Notes under the pieces: generated by a model
Seen by the model: only the letters and a program-made list of their open reading frames with translations
The model's database searches: none
What the model was told of the DNA's origin: nothing
Part shown: positions 50,165 through 60,607 of the stretch, piece after piece
Layout of the letters: every line of letters begins with the position of its first letter
Position numbering within the stretch: position 1 is the first letter of the stretch
NCBI GenBank assembly: GCA_963674745.2
Contig: CAXXDV010000003.1
Location: 2,048,001-2,112,000 of the forward strand
Direction: 5' to 3'
From: Desulfosudaceae bacterium
Lineage (GTDB): Bacteria; Desulfobacterota; Desulfobacteria; Desulfobacterales; Desulfosudaceae
Length of the DNA: 64,000 nucleotides
Position numbers and translations under genes: made by a program

Positions 50165-51340
50165 ATGATAATCAGCACAAACCTGAGAGAAGCCACCCGA
50201 AGCCTGATGACGTCCAAGCAGAGAACGCTGCTTGCTTTAATCGGTATCGTCATCGGTATCGGTTCGGTCATCGGTATGGTTTCCATCGGTTCGATTGTTC
50301 AGCACCAGGCCCTGAAACAATTCAAAGAGATGGGTATCGACATTATCTCGATTCGCAAGGAAACAGCCCCGGGCGATCTAGAAGGACTGCCCCTGGACCA
50401 TATCCTTAACTTAAAATCGGTACCGATCATCCGGGAGGTTGCCCCCTACCTGCTTTCGTCCACCACTTTGCAGCAGGGAAAAAGTCAAACCGTTATGTCA
50501 ATGATGGGTGTCACCGGCGCTTTCTTTGATATCAACAAGCTTTATATCAAAGAAGGCAGGGCCATATCTGGCATGGATAATAACCGTTATTTCTGCGTGA
50601 TCGGAGCCGACATCGGCGCCCTGCTTCGAAACAGCGGCGTTGACCCCGTTCTCGGCAGTTCACTGACGCTGGGTTCACGGAACTATATGATTGTCGGTGT
50701 TCTGGAACGCGTGTCGGAAGGGAGCGGCATCCGCCCTTACGGTATTAACAAGGGCGTTATCGTCCCCCTGTCTACGGCCCGGAGAAACTTTGACCGGCCG
50801 GATATCGACACCCTTCTGGCCCGTGTAAGAGAAGGGACACCGCCGGCTGTAATCAAGCAAACCGTGCGGACATATTTCATGTCAACAATGCCCGGGACTC
50901 ATATTACCGTACAGACGGCGGAAGAGATTATTGCCACCATGCAGTCCCAGATGCGCCTTTTCACACTCCTTCTCGGTGCGATCGGCAGTATTTCACTGAT
51001 TGTCGGCGGCATTGGGGTTATGAATGTCATGCTGATCTCCGTTGCGGAAAGGCGAAAAGAAATCGGCATTCGCCGGGCTTTGGGGGCGCTGCAGAGCGAT
51101 ATTCAGTCCCAGTTTATCATTGAATCCGTTTCCCTGTGCAGTATCGGCGGTATCATCGGAATCATCCTGGGCGTCTTTGTGTCTTATGTTTTCTCCCGTG
51201 CCAATCACTGGGACTTTCAGGTGTCCGCCGTTTCCATCATTCTTGGCCTTGCCGTGGCTTTTGCCGTGGGTGTTTTTTTCGGTTTCTACCCTGCCCGTTC
51301 AGCAGCAAAACTGGATCCGATAACCGCTCTACGGTCTTAA
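50165..51340 (+). CDS. MacB/FtsX-type ABC permease
   Basis: RTLLALIGIVIG, VGGIGVMNVMLISVAERRKEIGIRRALGA, FYPARSAAKLDPITALR. Confidence 0.95.
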   Translation: MIISTNLREATRSLMTSKQRTLLALIGIVIGIGSVIGMVSIGSIVQHQALKQFKEMGIDIISIRKETAPGDLEGLPLDHILNLKSVPIIREVAPYLLSSTTLQQGKSQTVMSMMGVTGAFFDINKLYIKEGRAISGMDNNRYFCVIGADIGALLRNSGVDPVLGSSLTLGSRNYMIVGVLERVSEGSGIRPYGINKGVIVPLSTARRNFDRPDIDTLLARVREGTPPAVIKQTVRTYFMSTMPGTHITVQTAEEIIATMQSQMRLFTLLLGAIGSISLIVGGIGVMNVMLISVAERRKEIGIRRALGALQSDIQSQFIIESVSLCSIGGIIGIILGVFVSYVFSRANHWDFQVSAVSIILGLAVAFAVGVFFGFYPARSAAKLDPITALRS

Positions 51341-51507
51341 ATATCGGCGTTCGGCCGGAAGGGCATGCGGTAAACCAAGTTTTGTTAAGGTTTTGCAGAT
51401 GTTTACTTGACAAGGGCTCAATTTTAAATATAATATTTGGCATCATCAAAGGGATTAAGCAACAAGGGTTTTCCAAAAACCCATACTTAAAGGAGGAGGA
51501 ACTCCAT

Positions 51508-51780
51508 ATGACAAAAGCGGAATTAATAGAAAAAATGGCCAAAGATGCAGGTATATCAAAAGTTGCCGCTGGCCAGGCGCTCGATTCTTTTATCGGTGGC
51601 GTAACCAAAGCGCTCAAGAAAAAAGACGGTAAAGTCACCCTGGTTGGTTTCGGTACATTCTCAAAAGTCCGCCGCAAAGCTCGGAAAGGCCGCAATCCTC
51701 AGACAGGCGAACCCATTAAAATAAAAGCTCGCACAGCTGTTAAATTCAAAGCCGGCAAAAAACTTAGTGACGCTGTTTAA
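51508..51780 (+). CDS. hup: DNA-binding protein HU
   Basis: MTKAELIE...VTLVGFGTF...RKGRNPQTGE...FKAGK; strong AGGAGG RBS. Confidence 0.97.
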   Translation: MTKAELIEKMAKDAGISKVAAGQALDSFIGGVTKALKKKDGKVTLVGFGTFSKVRRKARKGRNPQTGEPIKIKARTAVKFKAGKKLSDAV

Positions 51781-51936
51781 TTAACTGGAATAACCCTTGT
51801 TGCTTTCACTCCTTCCCTCGTCACATCATGTCTTGATTCACTGAAAGAAGTAACCTTATTACCGGTGCGACCAGCGGCATCGTCCGTTCTATCGTTATTG
51901 TCTCGGGAAGACCGGACGCGGTTTTTTGAACCGCCA

Positions 51937-52467
51937 TCAACAACACCTTTCCGTCAGGCGCTCGTTTAATTCTGATATCCGTTGCCTCATTTTATTAATC
52001 TTCTGCGGCGATATAGACTTCAGGTTATCAATACATATCAAATGGGTCGTTCCGCGGGCACGACTTCCGATGTTAACGAAGTCTTTAATCAGCCCGCGGA
52101 TATCCGAAGACATGAAAACACGGTCGGTCAGAAAATCATCGCAGAAAAATTCATAACAGACCATCGGTCGGCCATATTCCAGGCGGCATCCCTGAGGCCC
52201 CAGCCAACCTTTCTTCTGGTCATAGGTCACTTTCTGCATCCGGACGAGACGACTGAGGAAACGGCTTTGAAATGATTCACGGCAGTACGCTTCGGCACAG
52301 CATTTTTTGACGCACCGGGCACAAAAGTCATTTGAGATATCCCGGACCCGCCTGAGTATCTCCCGTTCAACCTGGATATAATCCGGGATGATTAATGATA
52401 TGGATTCCATCGCCGTCTTCTTCATCAGCACATCAGTCTTCCAGGCCAAGCAGACGGCCGTATCCAT
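51937..52467 (-). CDS. Cys-rich hypothetical protein (CxxCxxxCC type)
   Basis: FCARCVKKCCAEAYC...GCRL...RPMVCYEFFC. Start uncertain (52467/52425/52410). Confidence 0.7.
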   Translation of the reverse strand: MDTAVCLAWKTDVLMKKTAMESISLIIPDYIQVEREILRRVRDISNDFCARCVKKCCAEAYCRESFQSRFLSRLVRMQKVTYDQKKGWLGPQGCRLEYGRPMVCYEFFCDDFLTDRVFMSSDIRGLIKDFVNIGSRARGTTHLICIDNLKSISPQKINKMRQRISELNERLTERCC

Positions 52468-52597
52468 CTTGAACGGCCGTCATTTCATCTATTGTTCTAT
52501 CATGAAACGTCTTGCGAAACCATTTTTTTCTGGCATCTTCCACCTGTTTTATTATATTATTATTGAATAAAATTAAAACATTCCCGGATACGAGCCA

Positions 52598-54349
52598 ATG
52601 AGCCCAAAACCGACCTACGAGGAACTGGAACAACAGGTGGCCCTGTTACGGCAGGAAACCCAGAAACAGCTCATGGCCGAAGAGGCCCTGAAAGAAAGCG
52701 AACAACGCTACCGGACCATTCTTGAAAAGATCCAGGACGCTTATTACGAAGTGGATTTCAAGGGGAATTTCACCTTCTTCAATCACCAGATGTGCCAAAT
52801 GCTGGGTTATTCAAAAGAAGAAATGAAAGGCATGAACAACCGGCAATATCTGGACGAGCATAATGCCAAGCTTGTCTACCAGACGTTTAATCATGTCTTT
52901 CAGACGGAAAAACCATCCAACGGGTTTGATTGGAAACTGACGCGGAAAGATCAGTCGGAGATATGGGTCAATGCTTCGGTGTCACTGATCAAAAATACAG
53001 ACGGTGACAAAATAGGGTTCCGGGGCATTGTCCGGGATATTACCCGGCAGAAAGAGATGGAGAAAGAACTTCATCAAAAGGCTTATTTCGATGCCCTGAC
53101 CGGCCTGGCCAACCGGTCACTCCTGCATGACCGGTTTGATAAAGCCATTGCCAGGGCTTACCGGTATGGATCATTACTGGCGGTTTATGTGGTAGACATG
53201 AATCAGACCAAGGATATCAATGATACCCTGGGACACGCTGCCGGTGATGAGCTGATCAAGGAAGTGGCCCGTCGTCTGGAACAGTCGGTAAGGGAAAGCG
53301 ACACCGTGGCCCGGACCGGGGGTGACGAATTTGTCATCCTTGGTGAAGGTGTCACCATGGAAAAGGGTGCCTGGGCACTGGGGCAGAAAATTATCAACAA
53401 CATCAAAGACACCCCTTTCAACATCATGGGTAATGTCATTTTCCAGGATGTCAGCGTCGGTTTCAGCCTATACCCCAATGACGGCCAAACCAAAGAAGAC
53501 CTTCTGCGCCAGGCGGACGTGGCCATGTATTACGCCAAGGAATCCCTCAGCATCAGACCCCACCGGTACAGCACGGATGACGATATGCTGTCCACCCGCT
53601 TTTCCATTGCCCAGGAACTCCGGAAAGCCATTGAACAGAACCAGTTTCTGATTTTTTATCAGCCCCAGGTGGATCTGAAGACCCGTGATATCATCGGCAT
53701 GGAAGCATTGCTGCGCTGGGACCATCCGGAAAAAGGCCTGATTTCACCTTCTGATTTTATCCCGGTGCTGGAACGAACCGGTTTAATCCGGACCGTCGGG
53801 CTTCGCGTGGAAAAAAGCGTCTGTGAGCAGATCGTGGCCTGGAAAAATGAACAACGCCCCATCAACCAGAAAACGATCAACTGCTGCATTTACGAATTGA
53901 ACAATCCGGCCATGCTCGATGAACTCATGAACACCATCAAACAATACGGCGTTGACTCCTCCCTGATCGGGATTGAAATCACCGAACGCGTGGCCACCCG
54001 GCAGATTGATGAAGTCCAGCGTTTGCTGCAAGCCCTGTCCGATGAAGGCATCACGATCCTGCTCGATGATTTCGGCACCGGGTATTCATCTCTAAGCCTG
54101 CTGCAGAAACTGCCCATTGATATCGTCAAAATCGATGAATTATTCGTGCACGCCATGCTGAACGATCAATACAGCGCCTCCCTTGTCAAGGCCATTATCA
54201 ACATGTGCCATGAAACAGACAAAAAAGTCATGGCCGAAGGGATTGAAACCGAAGAACAGCTGCGGTTTTTAATGGACCTGGGCTGTGATTACGGGCAGGG
54301 ATTTCTGCTCGGCAAACCCCTCCCGCCGGAAGAAGTTTATGCCGTCTAA
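52598..54349 (+). CDS. PAS-GGDEF-EAL c-di-GMP metabolism protein
   Basis: PAS/PAC, DALTGLANR, RTGGDEF, YQPQV...MEALLRW, LLDDFGTGYSSL. Confidence 0.95.
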   Translation: MSPKPTYEELEQQVALLRQETQKQLMAEEALKESEQRYRTILEKIQDAYYEVDFKGNFTFFNHQMCQMLGYSKEEMKGMNNRQYLDEHNAKLVYQTFNHVFQTEKPSNGFDWKLTRKDQSEIWVNASVSLIKNTDGDKIGFRGIVRDITRQKEMEKELHQKAYFDALTGLANRSLLHDRFDKAIARAYRYGSLLAVYVVDMNQTKDINDTLGHAAGDELIKEVARRLEQSVRESDTVARTGGDEFVILGEGVTMEKGAWALGQKIINNIKDTPFNIMGNVIFQDVSVGFSLYPNDGQTKEDLLRQADVAMYYAKESLSIRPHRYSTDDDMLSTRFSIAQELRKAIEQNQFLIFYQPQVDLKTRDIIGMEALLRWDHPEKGLISPSDFIPVLERTGLIRTVGLRVEKSVCEQIVAWKNEQRPINQKTINCCIYELNNPAMLDELMNTIKQYGVDSSLIGIEITERVATRQIDEVQRLLQALSDEGITILLDDFGTGYSSLSLLQKLPIDIVKIDELFVHAMLNDQYSASLVKAIINMCHETDKKVMAEGIETEEQLRFLMDLGCDYGQGFLLGKPLPPEEVYAV

Positions 54350-55445
54350 CCGGCCCAATCGTTTTGAACGACACCCGTTCATTACCATTGTTGCGGTTAT
54401 CGTCGTGTCCGTCATTGCGTCTGCTGCCGTATTTCTGTTCGTCTATAAATCTTATCTGGCGCCGATCGAAGAAGAAGACCTGCTGGATGCAGCCTTTACC
54501 TACCGTGAAGCATCCCCGGTATTTAATCACGGATTAACAAAAAACAAATCCGTTGAAGCGGTCTGGGGACCGATGAAATACCGGCTTTACACCAATTCTC
54601 TGGGATTCAAAGACCGCCTTGTCCGGGAGGTCCCGCTTAATACCGAAAACCATCGTATCCTGCTGATGGGGGATTCTTTTACCGAAGGCATCGGCCTGCC
54701 TTATGAAGAGACCTTTGCCGGCATCATTGGCGAAACCCTTGCCGCAGACCGCGTGGAAGTCCTCAATGCCGCCGCCGTATCCTATTCACCCATCATCTAC
54801 TGGCGTAAAACAAAATACCTGATCGAGACCATCGGGCTTCATTTTGATGAGATGGTTGTGTTCCTTGACATTTCCGACGCCAGGGATGAGGCCGAGTCCT
54901 ACTACCTGGATGACAAAGGAAACGTTCAAAGTCACCTGTTTGAAGACCGCACAACCCGGAAAAAAATACTGAACCGGATCCAACGGGACAACATCATCGA
55001 CTCGTTGAGCCGCTACCTGTCGATATTGATTGAATTTTCATCCAAACCGGCCTGGGAAACCGGTCGCTGGACCATCGACCCGGAACTTCTTGAAAAATAT
55101 GGCCGCCCCGGACTGGCCCAGATGACGATCTACATGAACCGGTTAAGGGAGCTGCTCGAGCGACACCATATCAAACTGACGGTCGCGGTTTATCCCTGGC
55201 CGGTTCAAATACGGGAAAATGACCGGCACTCCATCCAGGCACGGTACTGGGAGGACTGGTGCCGGCAATACAACATTGACTTTATCAACTACTTTCCGGT
55301 GTTTATCCGTAATGACAAAACAGACCCGCAAAAAGTGATCGATCAATACTTTATACCGGGTGACGCCCACTGGAACCGGCAGGGCCACGAACTCATCGCC
55401 CGGATTTTCTGCCGACACTTCCGGCAGCGTTCCACCGCCGAATGA
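54339..55445 (+). CDS. SGNH/GDSL hydrolase family membrane-anchored protein
   Basis: N-terminal TM; TNSLGFKD, MGDSFTEG, GDAHWN...GH. Confidence 0.85.
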   Translation: MPSNRPNRFERHPFITIVAVIVVSVIASAAVFLFVYKSYLAPIEEEDLLDAAFTYREASPVFNHGLTKNKSVEAVWGPMKYRLYTNSLGFKDRLVREVPLNTENHRILLMGDSFTEGIGLPYEETFAGIIGETLAADRVEVLNAAAVSYSPIIYWRKTKYLIETIGLHFDEMVVFLDISDARDEAESYYLDDKGNVQSHLFEDRTTRKKILNRIQRDNIIDSLSRYLSILIEFSSKPAWETGRWTIDPELLEKYGRPGLAQMTIYMNRLRELLERHHIKLTVAVYPWPVQIRENDRHSIQARYWEDWCRQYNIDFINYFPVFIRNDKTDPQKVIDQYFIPGDAHWNRQGHELIARIFCRHFRQRSTAE

Positions 55446-55457
55446 ACATAGGCGTTT

Positions 55458-56213
55458 TTATCCTTCCTCAAAAGGAATCGTATTGATCGCGGCGAACTTC
55501 GGCTCATGCAGGGGAATGAGGATGTCCGCCCGGTACTTCACATCCAGCATGATATCATAGGCGTCATAAGCATTAACGACGGTACCCGGTGGAATAACCT
55601 CCATTTCCATGCCCTTGATTTCCGGCGGCGGAAAGAAATTCTCTTCAATCACACAAAAACCGGTAATGGCCGCCACCCCCTTTTCCGTCTGAATCCAGAT
55701 CGTCAAACCGCCCGGGGTGTGTACCGGGGTGTTGGTGACGGAAATGCCCGGCAGGATATCGCCGTCTTCAGAGACGGTCTTTATCTGGCCGTTTTCGGCC
55801 ACATCATCGATAAAGTCCTCCAGGTACCTGAAGTCCAGCGGATGAGGATCACGAATGCGCGCCAATTCCTTTTCATGGCAATAGACGACCGCTCTTGTAC
55901 ATTTATAGTCATTTTCACAATGATCATTGTGCAGGTGGGTATGAATTACGACATCGATGTCTTCCGGCGTCAAACCGTATTGGGCCAACCCTTCTTCAAA
56001 AGAATAAATTTTGCCACCAATGGCCTGCTCCCTGGCCGATGACTGAATCGGTTTCATCTCACCGGTGTCTACCAGAATCTTTTTATCGCCGCCTTCAATG
56101 TACCAGCAGTAAATGGGAATGGTATATTCTTTTCCGTAATCATGCTGATAGGTCATCATGCCCTTGTCAAACACCTTGGTCCCCATCACGATGGGATGAA
56201 TCCTGTATTGCAT
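55458..56213 (-). CDS. Metallo-beta-lactamase-fold hydrolase (AHL-lactonase-like family)
   Basis: ILVDTG, HTHLHNDH (HxHxDH), TPVHTPG, IPLHEP. Confidence 0.88.
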   Translation of the reverse strand: MQYRIHPIVMGTKVFDKGMMTYQHDYGKEYTIPIYCWYIEGGDKKILVDTGEMKPIQSSAREQAIGGKIYSFEEGLAQYGLTPEDIDVVIHTHLHNDHCENDYKCTRAVVYCHEKELARIRDPHPLDFRYLEDFIDDVAENGQIKTVSEDGDILPGISVTNTPVHTPGGLTIWIQTEKGVAAITGFCVIEENFFPPPEIKGMEMEVIPPGTVVNAYDAYDIMLDVKYRADILIPLHEPKFAAINTIPFEEG

Positions 56214-56628
56214 AGCACGCCTTTCGGCAACAACGGCTGCCGTCTTTTATTTATTCCGGTTTGCATTAAACGTTCTGATCCGGCCTCATGGACCGGAGAT
56301 CGCGTCTGCATTATATGTCTTTTTTATTATATCCCACCACGGACAAACGAATTCAAGCTTTTCTGAAATTGAAGCTGGATACTTCTAATTGAAAAATTCC
56401 GGCGTATTGTTCGGCACATCCACCCCGCCGGTTACAGGCACCGGCCAGATGCCGCAGGTGCAGCCCAAAATATTCGGGGCAAATTCCTTTCCAGTATTGA
56501 ATCTCAGCACTTGCCTTTTGACTTTAAGTTTCCATTCCGGTATATACTCAGAATTATCCCGAACAATTTAGCCGGACCTGAGAACCGGCTTCTTTTATAT
56601 CACTAACTTTATTTTAAGGAGATCCGTA

Positions 56629-57261
56629 ATGGCCGTTATTACCATTTCACGACAATTCGGGGCCGGTGGACGAACCCTGGGAAAAATGATAGCTGAAAAA
56701 CTGGGATACCGGTTCCTGGATGAACTGATCATCAAGGAAATTGCCAAGGAGGCCAGGGTGTCCAAAGACACGGTCATCTCCCTGGAGCGGTCTGCCGGAG
56801 GCACCATTTCCAAAATGATTTCGTCACTTTTATCCAGGGATTACATGGAACGCCTGACGGGGGAAGGAAAAGGATATATTGACGAACAGATCTATGTCGA
56901 CATCCTGCAGGAGGTCATGACCAAGCTGGCGTCCGAAGACAATGTGGTGCTCATGGGTCGGGGCGGTCAGTATATTCTGCAAGACGCCCCGAATGCTTTC
57001 CATATCCTGCTGGTAGCCAACATGACGGATCGTATTGCCTTCATGCGCCGCTTTTACAGGCTGTCCGACCGGCAGGCCGAAGAAGCGGTCAATAACGGCG
57101 CCAAACGCCGGGCCAATCTTTATCGCCGCATGGGCAAGCAGGATTACGACCAGCCGGAGCTCTATCACCTGGTCATTAACCACAGCAAGGTGTCACTGAA
57201 AAAAGCCCGGGACCTGGTCTGCGATCTGATCACACAGGAAAAAATCGATATTCTTGATTAA
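56629..57261 (+). CDS. Cytidylate kinase-like family protein
   Basis: MAVITISRQFGAGG, VVLMGRGG, YHLVIN; AAGGAG RBS. Confidence 0.9.
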   Translation: MAVITISRQFGAGGRTLGKMIAEKLGYRFLDELIIKEIAKEARVSKDTVISLERSAGGTISKMISSLLSRDYMERLTGEGKGYIDEQIYVDILQEVMTKLASEDNVVLMGRGGQYILQDAPNAFHILLVANMTDRIAFMRRFYRLSDRQAEEAVNNGAKRRANLYRRMGKQDYDQPELYHLVINHSKVSLKKARDLVCDLITQEKIDILD

Positions 57262-57274
57262 AAAAGGGATTACC

Positions 57275-59026
57275 ATGGAGCCGAGTTCACCCAACATCAT
57301 CGCCAATGCCCTGGGTTGTCACGCCCTTCACAACGCTTCCGGTGAAGCCATTGTTTACGGAGACAAACGAATCACCTGGAAAGAACTGGCCGAGCGGGTA
57401 TTCAAGCTGGCCAACGCCCTGATCAATTCCGGCATCAAAAAAGACGACAAGGTCGCCTTTATGTTTTACAACAGTCCGGCGTTTATCGAAATCAACTTCG
57501 CCATCCAGGTGGCGGGCGCCATTCCGGTGCCCATGAACTATCGCTTTGTGGCCAATGAAGTCGTATACCAGCTCAACCACTGTGATGCCCGGCTGCTGAT
57601 ATATGATCATCATTTCAAAGACACCGTAGCCGAAGCCGCGCCGGAACTGTCGGGCATTGAAACCTTTGTCTGCCGGAACGCGGAAAGTGCCAACAACGGC
57701 CCGGAATATGAATTCTTCCTGGCCTCAGGCAGCACCGATGATCCGAAGGTACCCACCGACTGGGACGAAGTGGCCGTCATGATCTACACCGGCGGCACCA
57801 CCGGATTTCCCAAGGGGGTCATGCTGACCTACGGCGGACACCTGGATATGTTCTGTCATTTATTTTCTTCCATTGTTACCCGGGCGGCAACGGTCGATTT
57901 GACCCGCGAACAGGTGAAGTCCCTGACAAATATGGTGGCTTTACCCGGCGTAAGTCTTTTTTCCGGACTGGCGCGGACAAAACTGGCCAAAAAACTGCTG
58001 GCCAGCAAAAAAACCTATAAAACAATCGAGAAAGCCGTCCGCTACCTGCTGACCCATCCCCAGGCGGCCCGGGTCGGCTATAAAAACACCATCCGTCTGA
58101 TGACACCGTCCATGCCGTATTTTCATGATGCCTCCTACCAGACGCTGATTCTGGGTGCATTGACCGGCAACGCCTGCGCCATTATCGTTCCGGGCAGCAA
58201 ATTCGACCCGGAGAAAATTCTTCAGACCGTCGAACGGGAAAAACCGGCCTTCATGGCCAACGTACCCACCGGCTGGAAAAAACTCGTTTCTTTTGCCGGT
58301 TTTGATCAATATGACGTCAGCTCCCTGCTGGCCGCGGCCACAGGCGCCGGCGCATGTTCGGCCGACCTGAAGCGGAAAATGTTCGCCAAATTTCCCGGCA
58401 TCATTATCCTGGATATGTTCGGCCAGACGGAAATGACGCCGATCACCTCTTTTCGTATCGACATCAGCCCGGAAACCGTCAAAGAGCGTTCCGTGGGCCA
58501 GACGATTCTTGACGTCCGCATTGTTGATGAAAATGACAACGATGTGCCCCGGGGTGAAATCGGTGAAATCATGTACCGGTCCAAGTGGATCATGAAAGGC
58601 TACTACAAGGATGAAGAAAAGACGGCCGAAGCCATGAACGACGGCTGGTTCAAGGGCGGCGACCTGGGTTATATCGACGAGGACGGTGAGGTCCGGCTCA
58701 TTGACCGCAAAAAAGAATGCATCAACACCGGCGGTGAGAAAGTTTTTCCACTTGAGGTGGAAGAAGTGCTGCACAATCACCCGGATGTCCAGGACGTATG
58801 CATTATCGGCGTTCCTGACGAGGAGTGGGGCAATACGGTCAGAGCGGTTGTTCAGCCCATGCCGGGAACAAACCCGGATCCGGATGAATTAATGAAATTC
58901 TGCCGGGGCAAACTGGCCGGTTTTAAAATTCCCCGTTCAGTGGTCTTTGTGGAAGAGTTGCCGCTCTCCCCGGTGGGCAAAGTCCTGCGGGCCAAAATCC
59001 GCGAATATTACGGACAACCGGATTAG
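57275..59026 (+). CDS. AMP-dependent acyl-CoA synthetase
   Basis: IYTGGTTGFPKG, FGQTE, GWFKGGDLG, DRKKE...GGEKV, LPLSPVGKV. Confidence 0.93.
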   Translation: MEPSSPNIIANALGCHALHNASGEAIVYGDKRITWKELAERVFKLANALINSGIKKDDKVAFMFYNSPAFIEINFAIQVAGAIPVPMNYRFVANEVVYQLNHCDARLLIYDHHFKDTVAEAAPELSGIETFVCRNAESANNGPEYEFFLASGSTDDPKVPTDWDEVAVMIYTGGTTGFPKGVMLTYGGHLDMFCHLFSSIVTRAATVDLTREQVKSLTNMVALPGVSLFSGLARTKLAKKLLASKKTYKTIEKAVRYLLTHPQAARVGYKNTIRLMTPSMPYFHDASYQTLILGALTGNACAIIVPGSKFDPEKILQTVEREKPAFMANVPTGWKKLVSFAGFDQYDVSSLLAAATGAGACSADLKRKMFAKFPGIIILDMFGQTEMTPITSFRIDISPETVKERSVGQTILDVRIVDENDNDVPRGEIGEIMYRSKWIMKGYYKDEEKTAEAMNDGWFKGGDLGYIDEDGEVRLIDRKKECINTGGEKVFPLEVEEVLHNHPDVQDVCIIGVPDEEWGNTVRAVVQPMPGTNPDPDELMKFCRGKLAGFKIPRSVVFVEELPLSPVGKVLRAKIREYYGQPD

Positions 59027-59068
59027 GGGTTCAGGGTTCAGGGTTCGGGGTTCAGGGTCCAAGGTTCG
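59027..59068 (+). repeat. Heptamer tandem repeat (GGGTTCA)x6, imperfect
   Basis: GGGTTCA GGGTTCA GGGTTCG GGGTTCA GGGTCCA AGGTTCG directly after the stop codon. Confidence 0.9.
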
Positions 59069-59086
59069 GGGCCGTTCGTTGGTGTT

Positions 59087-59156
59087 GTAGGGGCGACCGG
59101 CGGGTCGCCCTCACATCGGGATGCCGCGGCTGTAGGGGCACGGCGTGCCGTGCCCT
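59087..59156 (+). repeat. Two GTAG-type REP-like hairpins
   Basis: GTAG-GGGCGACC-GGCG-GGTCGCCC (59087-59110) and GTAG-GGGCACGGC-GT-GCCGTGCCC (59132-59155), between convergent genes. Confidence 0.8.
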
Positions 59157-59170
59157 TCTGCCAGGGTTCA

Positions 59171-60607
59171 TCATTCAAACTTCCAGGCGGTGGTCCCGTC
59201 CGGCTTATCCTCCAGAACGACCTTCATTTCGGCCAGCTGATCCCGGATGCGGTCCGCTTCGGCAAAATCCCTGTCTTTTCTGGCCTGACGCCGGGCGTCA
59301 ACCAGGCGATCGACCTCGGCCGGATCAATGCCCCCCTGGGCAGCGGCCGCTGATTTCCGGTTGGCGAAATAATCAGCGGGGGTATCATAAAGAATGCCCA
59401 GCACACGTCCCATGCGCCGCATATCCCCGGCTTCAACGGTCATATCGGTCACGGCCGCATTACCGCCGGCTTCAGCCTCATCCATCAGCCGGTTCAGGGT
59501 CCTGGCGGTCTCAAACACAACACCGACGCCCCGGGCCGTGTTAAAATCATCATCCATGGCCCGGCAGAAGGCCTGCCAGTGGCTGCCGGGGCCGGCTTCG
59601 GCAACCTTCTCTTCCGGTAAGGCCTCTTCCGCACGCTGCAACGCCAGATAAAGTTTATCCAGGCCGCCGGCCGCATCACCCATGGCTTCATCTGAAAAGT
59701 CCACCGGGCTGCGGTAATGGCTGGAAAGCAGGAACAGCCGGATCACTTCCGGATGAAAGGCGTCGAGCATGTCATCCACGGTCAGAAAATTATTCAGGGA
59801 TTTGGACATTTTCTCCTGGTTGATGCGGACAAAACCGTTATGCATCCAGAACCGGGCAAACGGTTTATCAAAAGCAGCCTCGGACTGGGCGATTTCGTTT
59901 TCATGATGGGGAAAAATAAGATCCTGGCCACCGCCGTGAATATCGAAGGTTTCGCCCAGAATCCGGGCGCTCATGGCCGAACACTCGATGTGCCAGCCCG
60001 GCCGCCCCTTTCCCCAGGGGCTGTCCCAGGACGGTTCGCCCGGTTTTTCGGCCTTCCAGAGCACAAAATCAAAAGGATTTTTCTTGCGTTCATCCACTTC
60101 GATCCTGGCCCCGGCCATCATATCGTCCAGCTTCCGGCCGGACAACTTGCCGTAACCGGGAAAGGCCGTAATCGAAAAAAACACGTCGCCATCTACGGCA
60201 TAAGCGACTTTTTTGTCGACCAGGCGTTGAATCACGTCAATGATGGATGAGATATGTTCTGTGGCCCGGGGTTCATGGGTGGCCCGTTCCACATGCAGCG
60301 CATCCATATCCCTGTAGAATTCATCAATATATTTTTCTGAAACGTCCGTACAGGTCAGGCATTCTTCGGCAGCCCGGTTGATAATCTTGTCGTCCACATC
60401 GGTAAAGTTCCGGACATAGGTCACCTCCAGCCCACTGGCACGAAAATAACGGGCGACAACATCAAAAACAATCACCGAACGGGCGTGCCCGATATGACTC
60501 GGCCCGTATACGGTGGGGCCGCATACATACATCATCACTTTTCCGGGATGCAGCGGTTCGAAATCTTCTTTTTGTCTGGTCAGCGTATTATAAATCTGGA
60601 TCGTCAT
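59171..60607 (-). CDS. cysS: Cysteine--tRNA ligase
   Basis: [34 protein letters not shown]. Confidence 0.98.
   Translation of the reverse strand: MTIQIYNTLTRQKEDFEPLHPGKVMMYVCGPTVYGPSHIGHARSVIVFDVVARYFRASGLEVTYVRNFTDVDDKIINRAAEECLTCTDVSEKYIDEFYRDMDALHVERATHEPRATEHISSIIDVIQRLVDKKVAYAVDGDVFFSITAFPGYGKLSGRKLDDMMAGARIEVDERKKNPFDFVLWKAEKPGEPSWDSPWGKGRPGWHIECSAMSARILGETFDIHGGGQDLIFPHHENEIAQSEAAFDKPFARFWMHNGFVRINQEKMSKSLNNFLTVDDMLDAFHPEVIRLFLLSSHYRSPVDFSDEAMGDAAGGLDKLYLALQRAEEALPEEKVAEAGPGSHWQAFCRAMDDDFNTARGVGVVFETARTLNRLMDEAEAGGNAAVTDMTVEAGDMRRMGRVLGILYDTPADYFANRKSAAAAQGGIDPAEVDRLVDARRQARKDRDFAEADRIRDQLAEMKVVLEDKPDGTTAWKFE

Noticed and set aside
51136..51507. N-terminally extended HU (214-aa ORF)
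   Set aside because: The extension overlaps the permease gene, and a strong RBS precedes the ATG at 51508, giving a normal 90-aa HU.
55458..56213. Quorum-quenching system
   Set aside because: The HxHxDH fold alone does not establish AHL specificity, and there is no luxI/luxR context.
59027..59156. CRISPR array
   Set aside because: Units are 7-bp tandem repeats or two non-identical hairpins, with no repeat-spacer periodicity and no cas genes.
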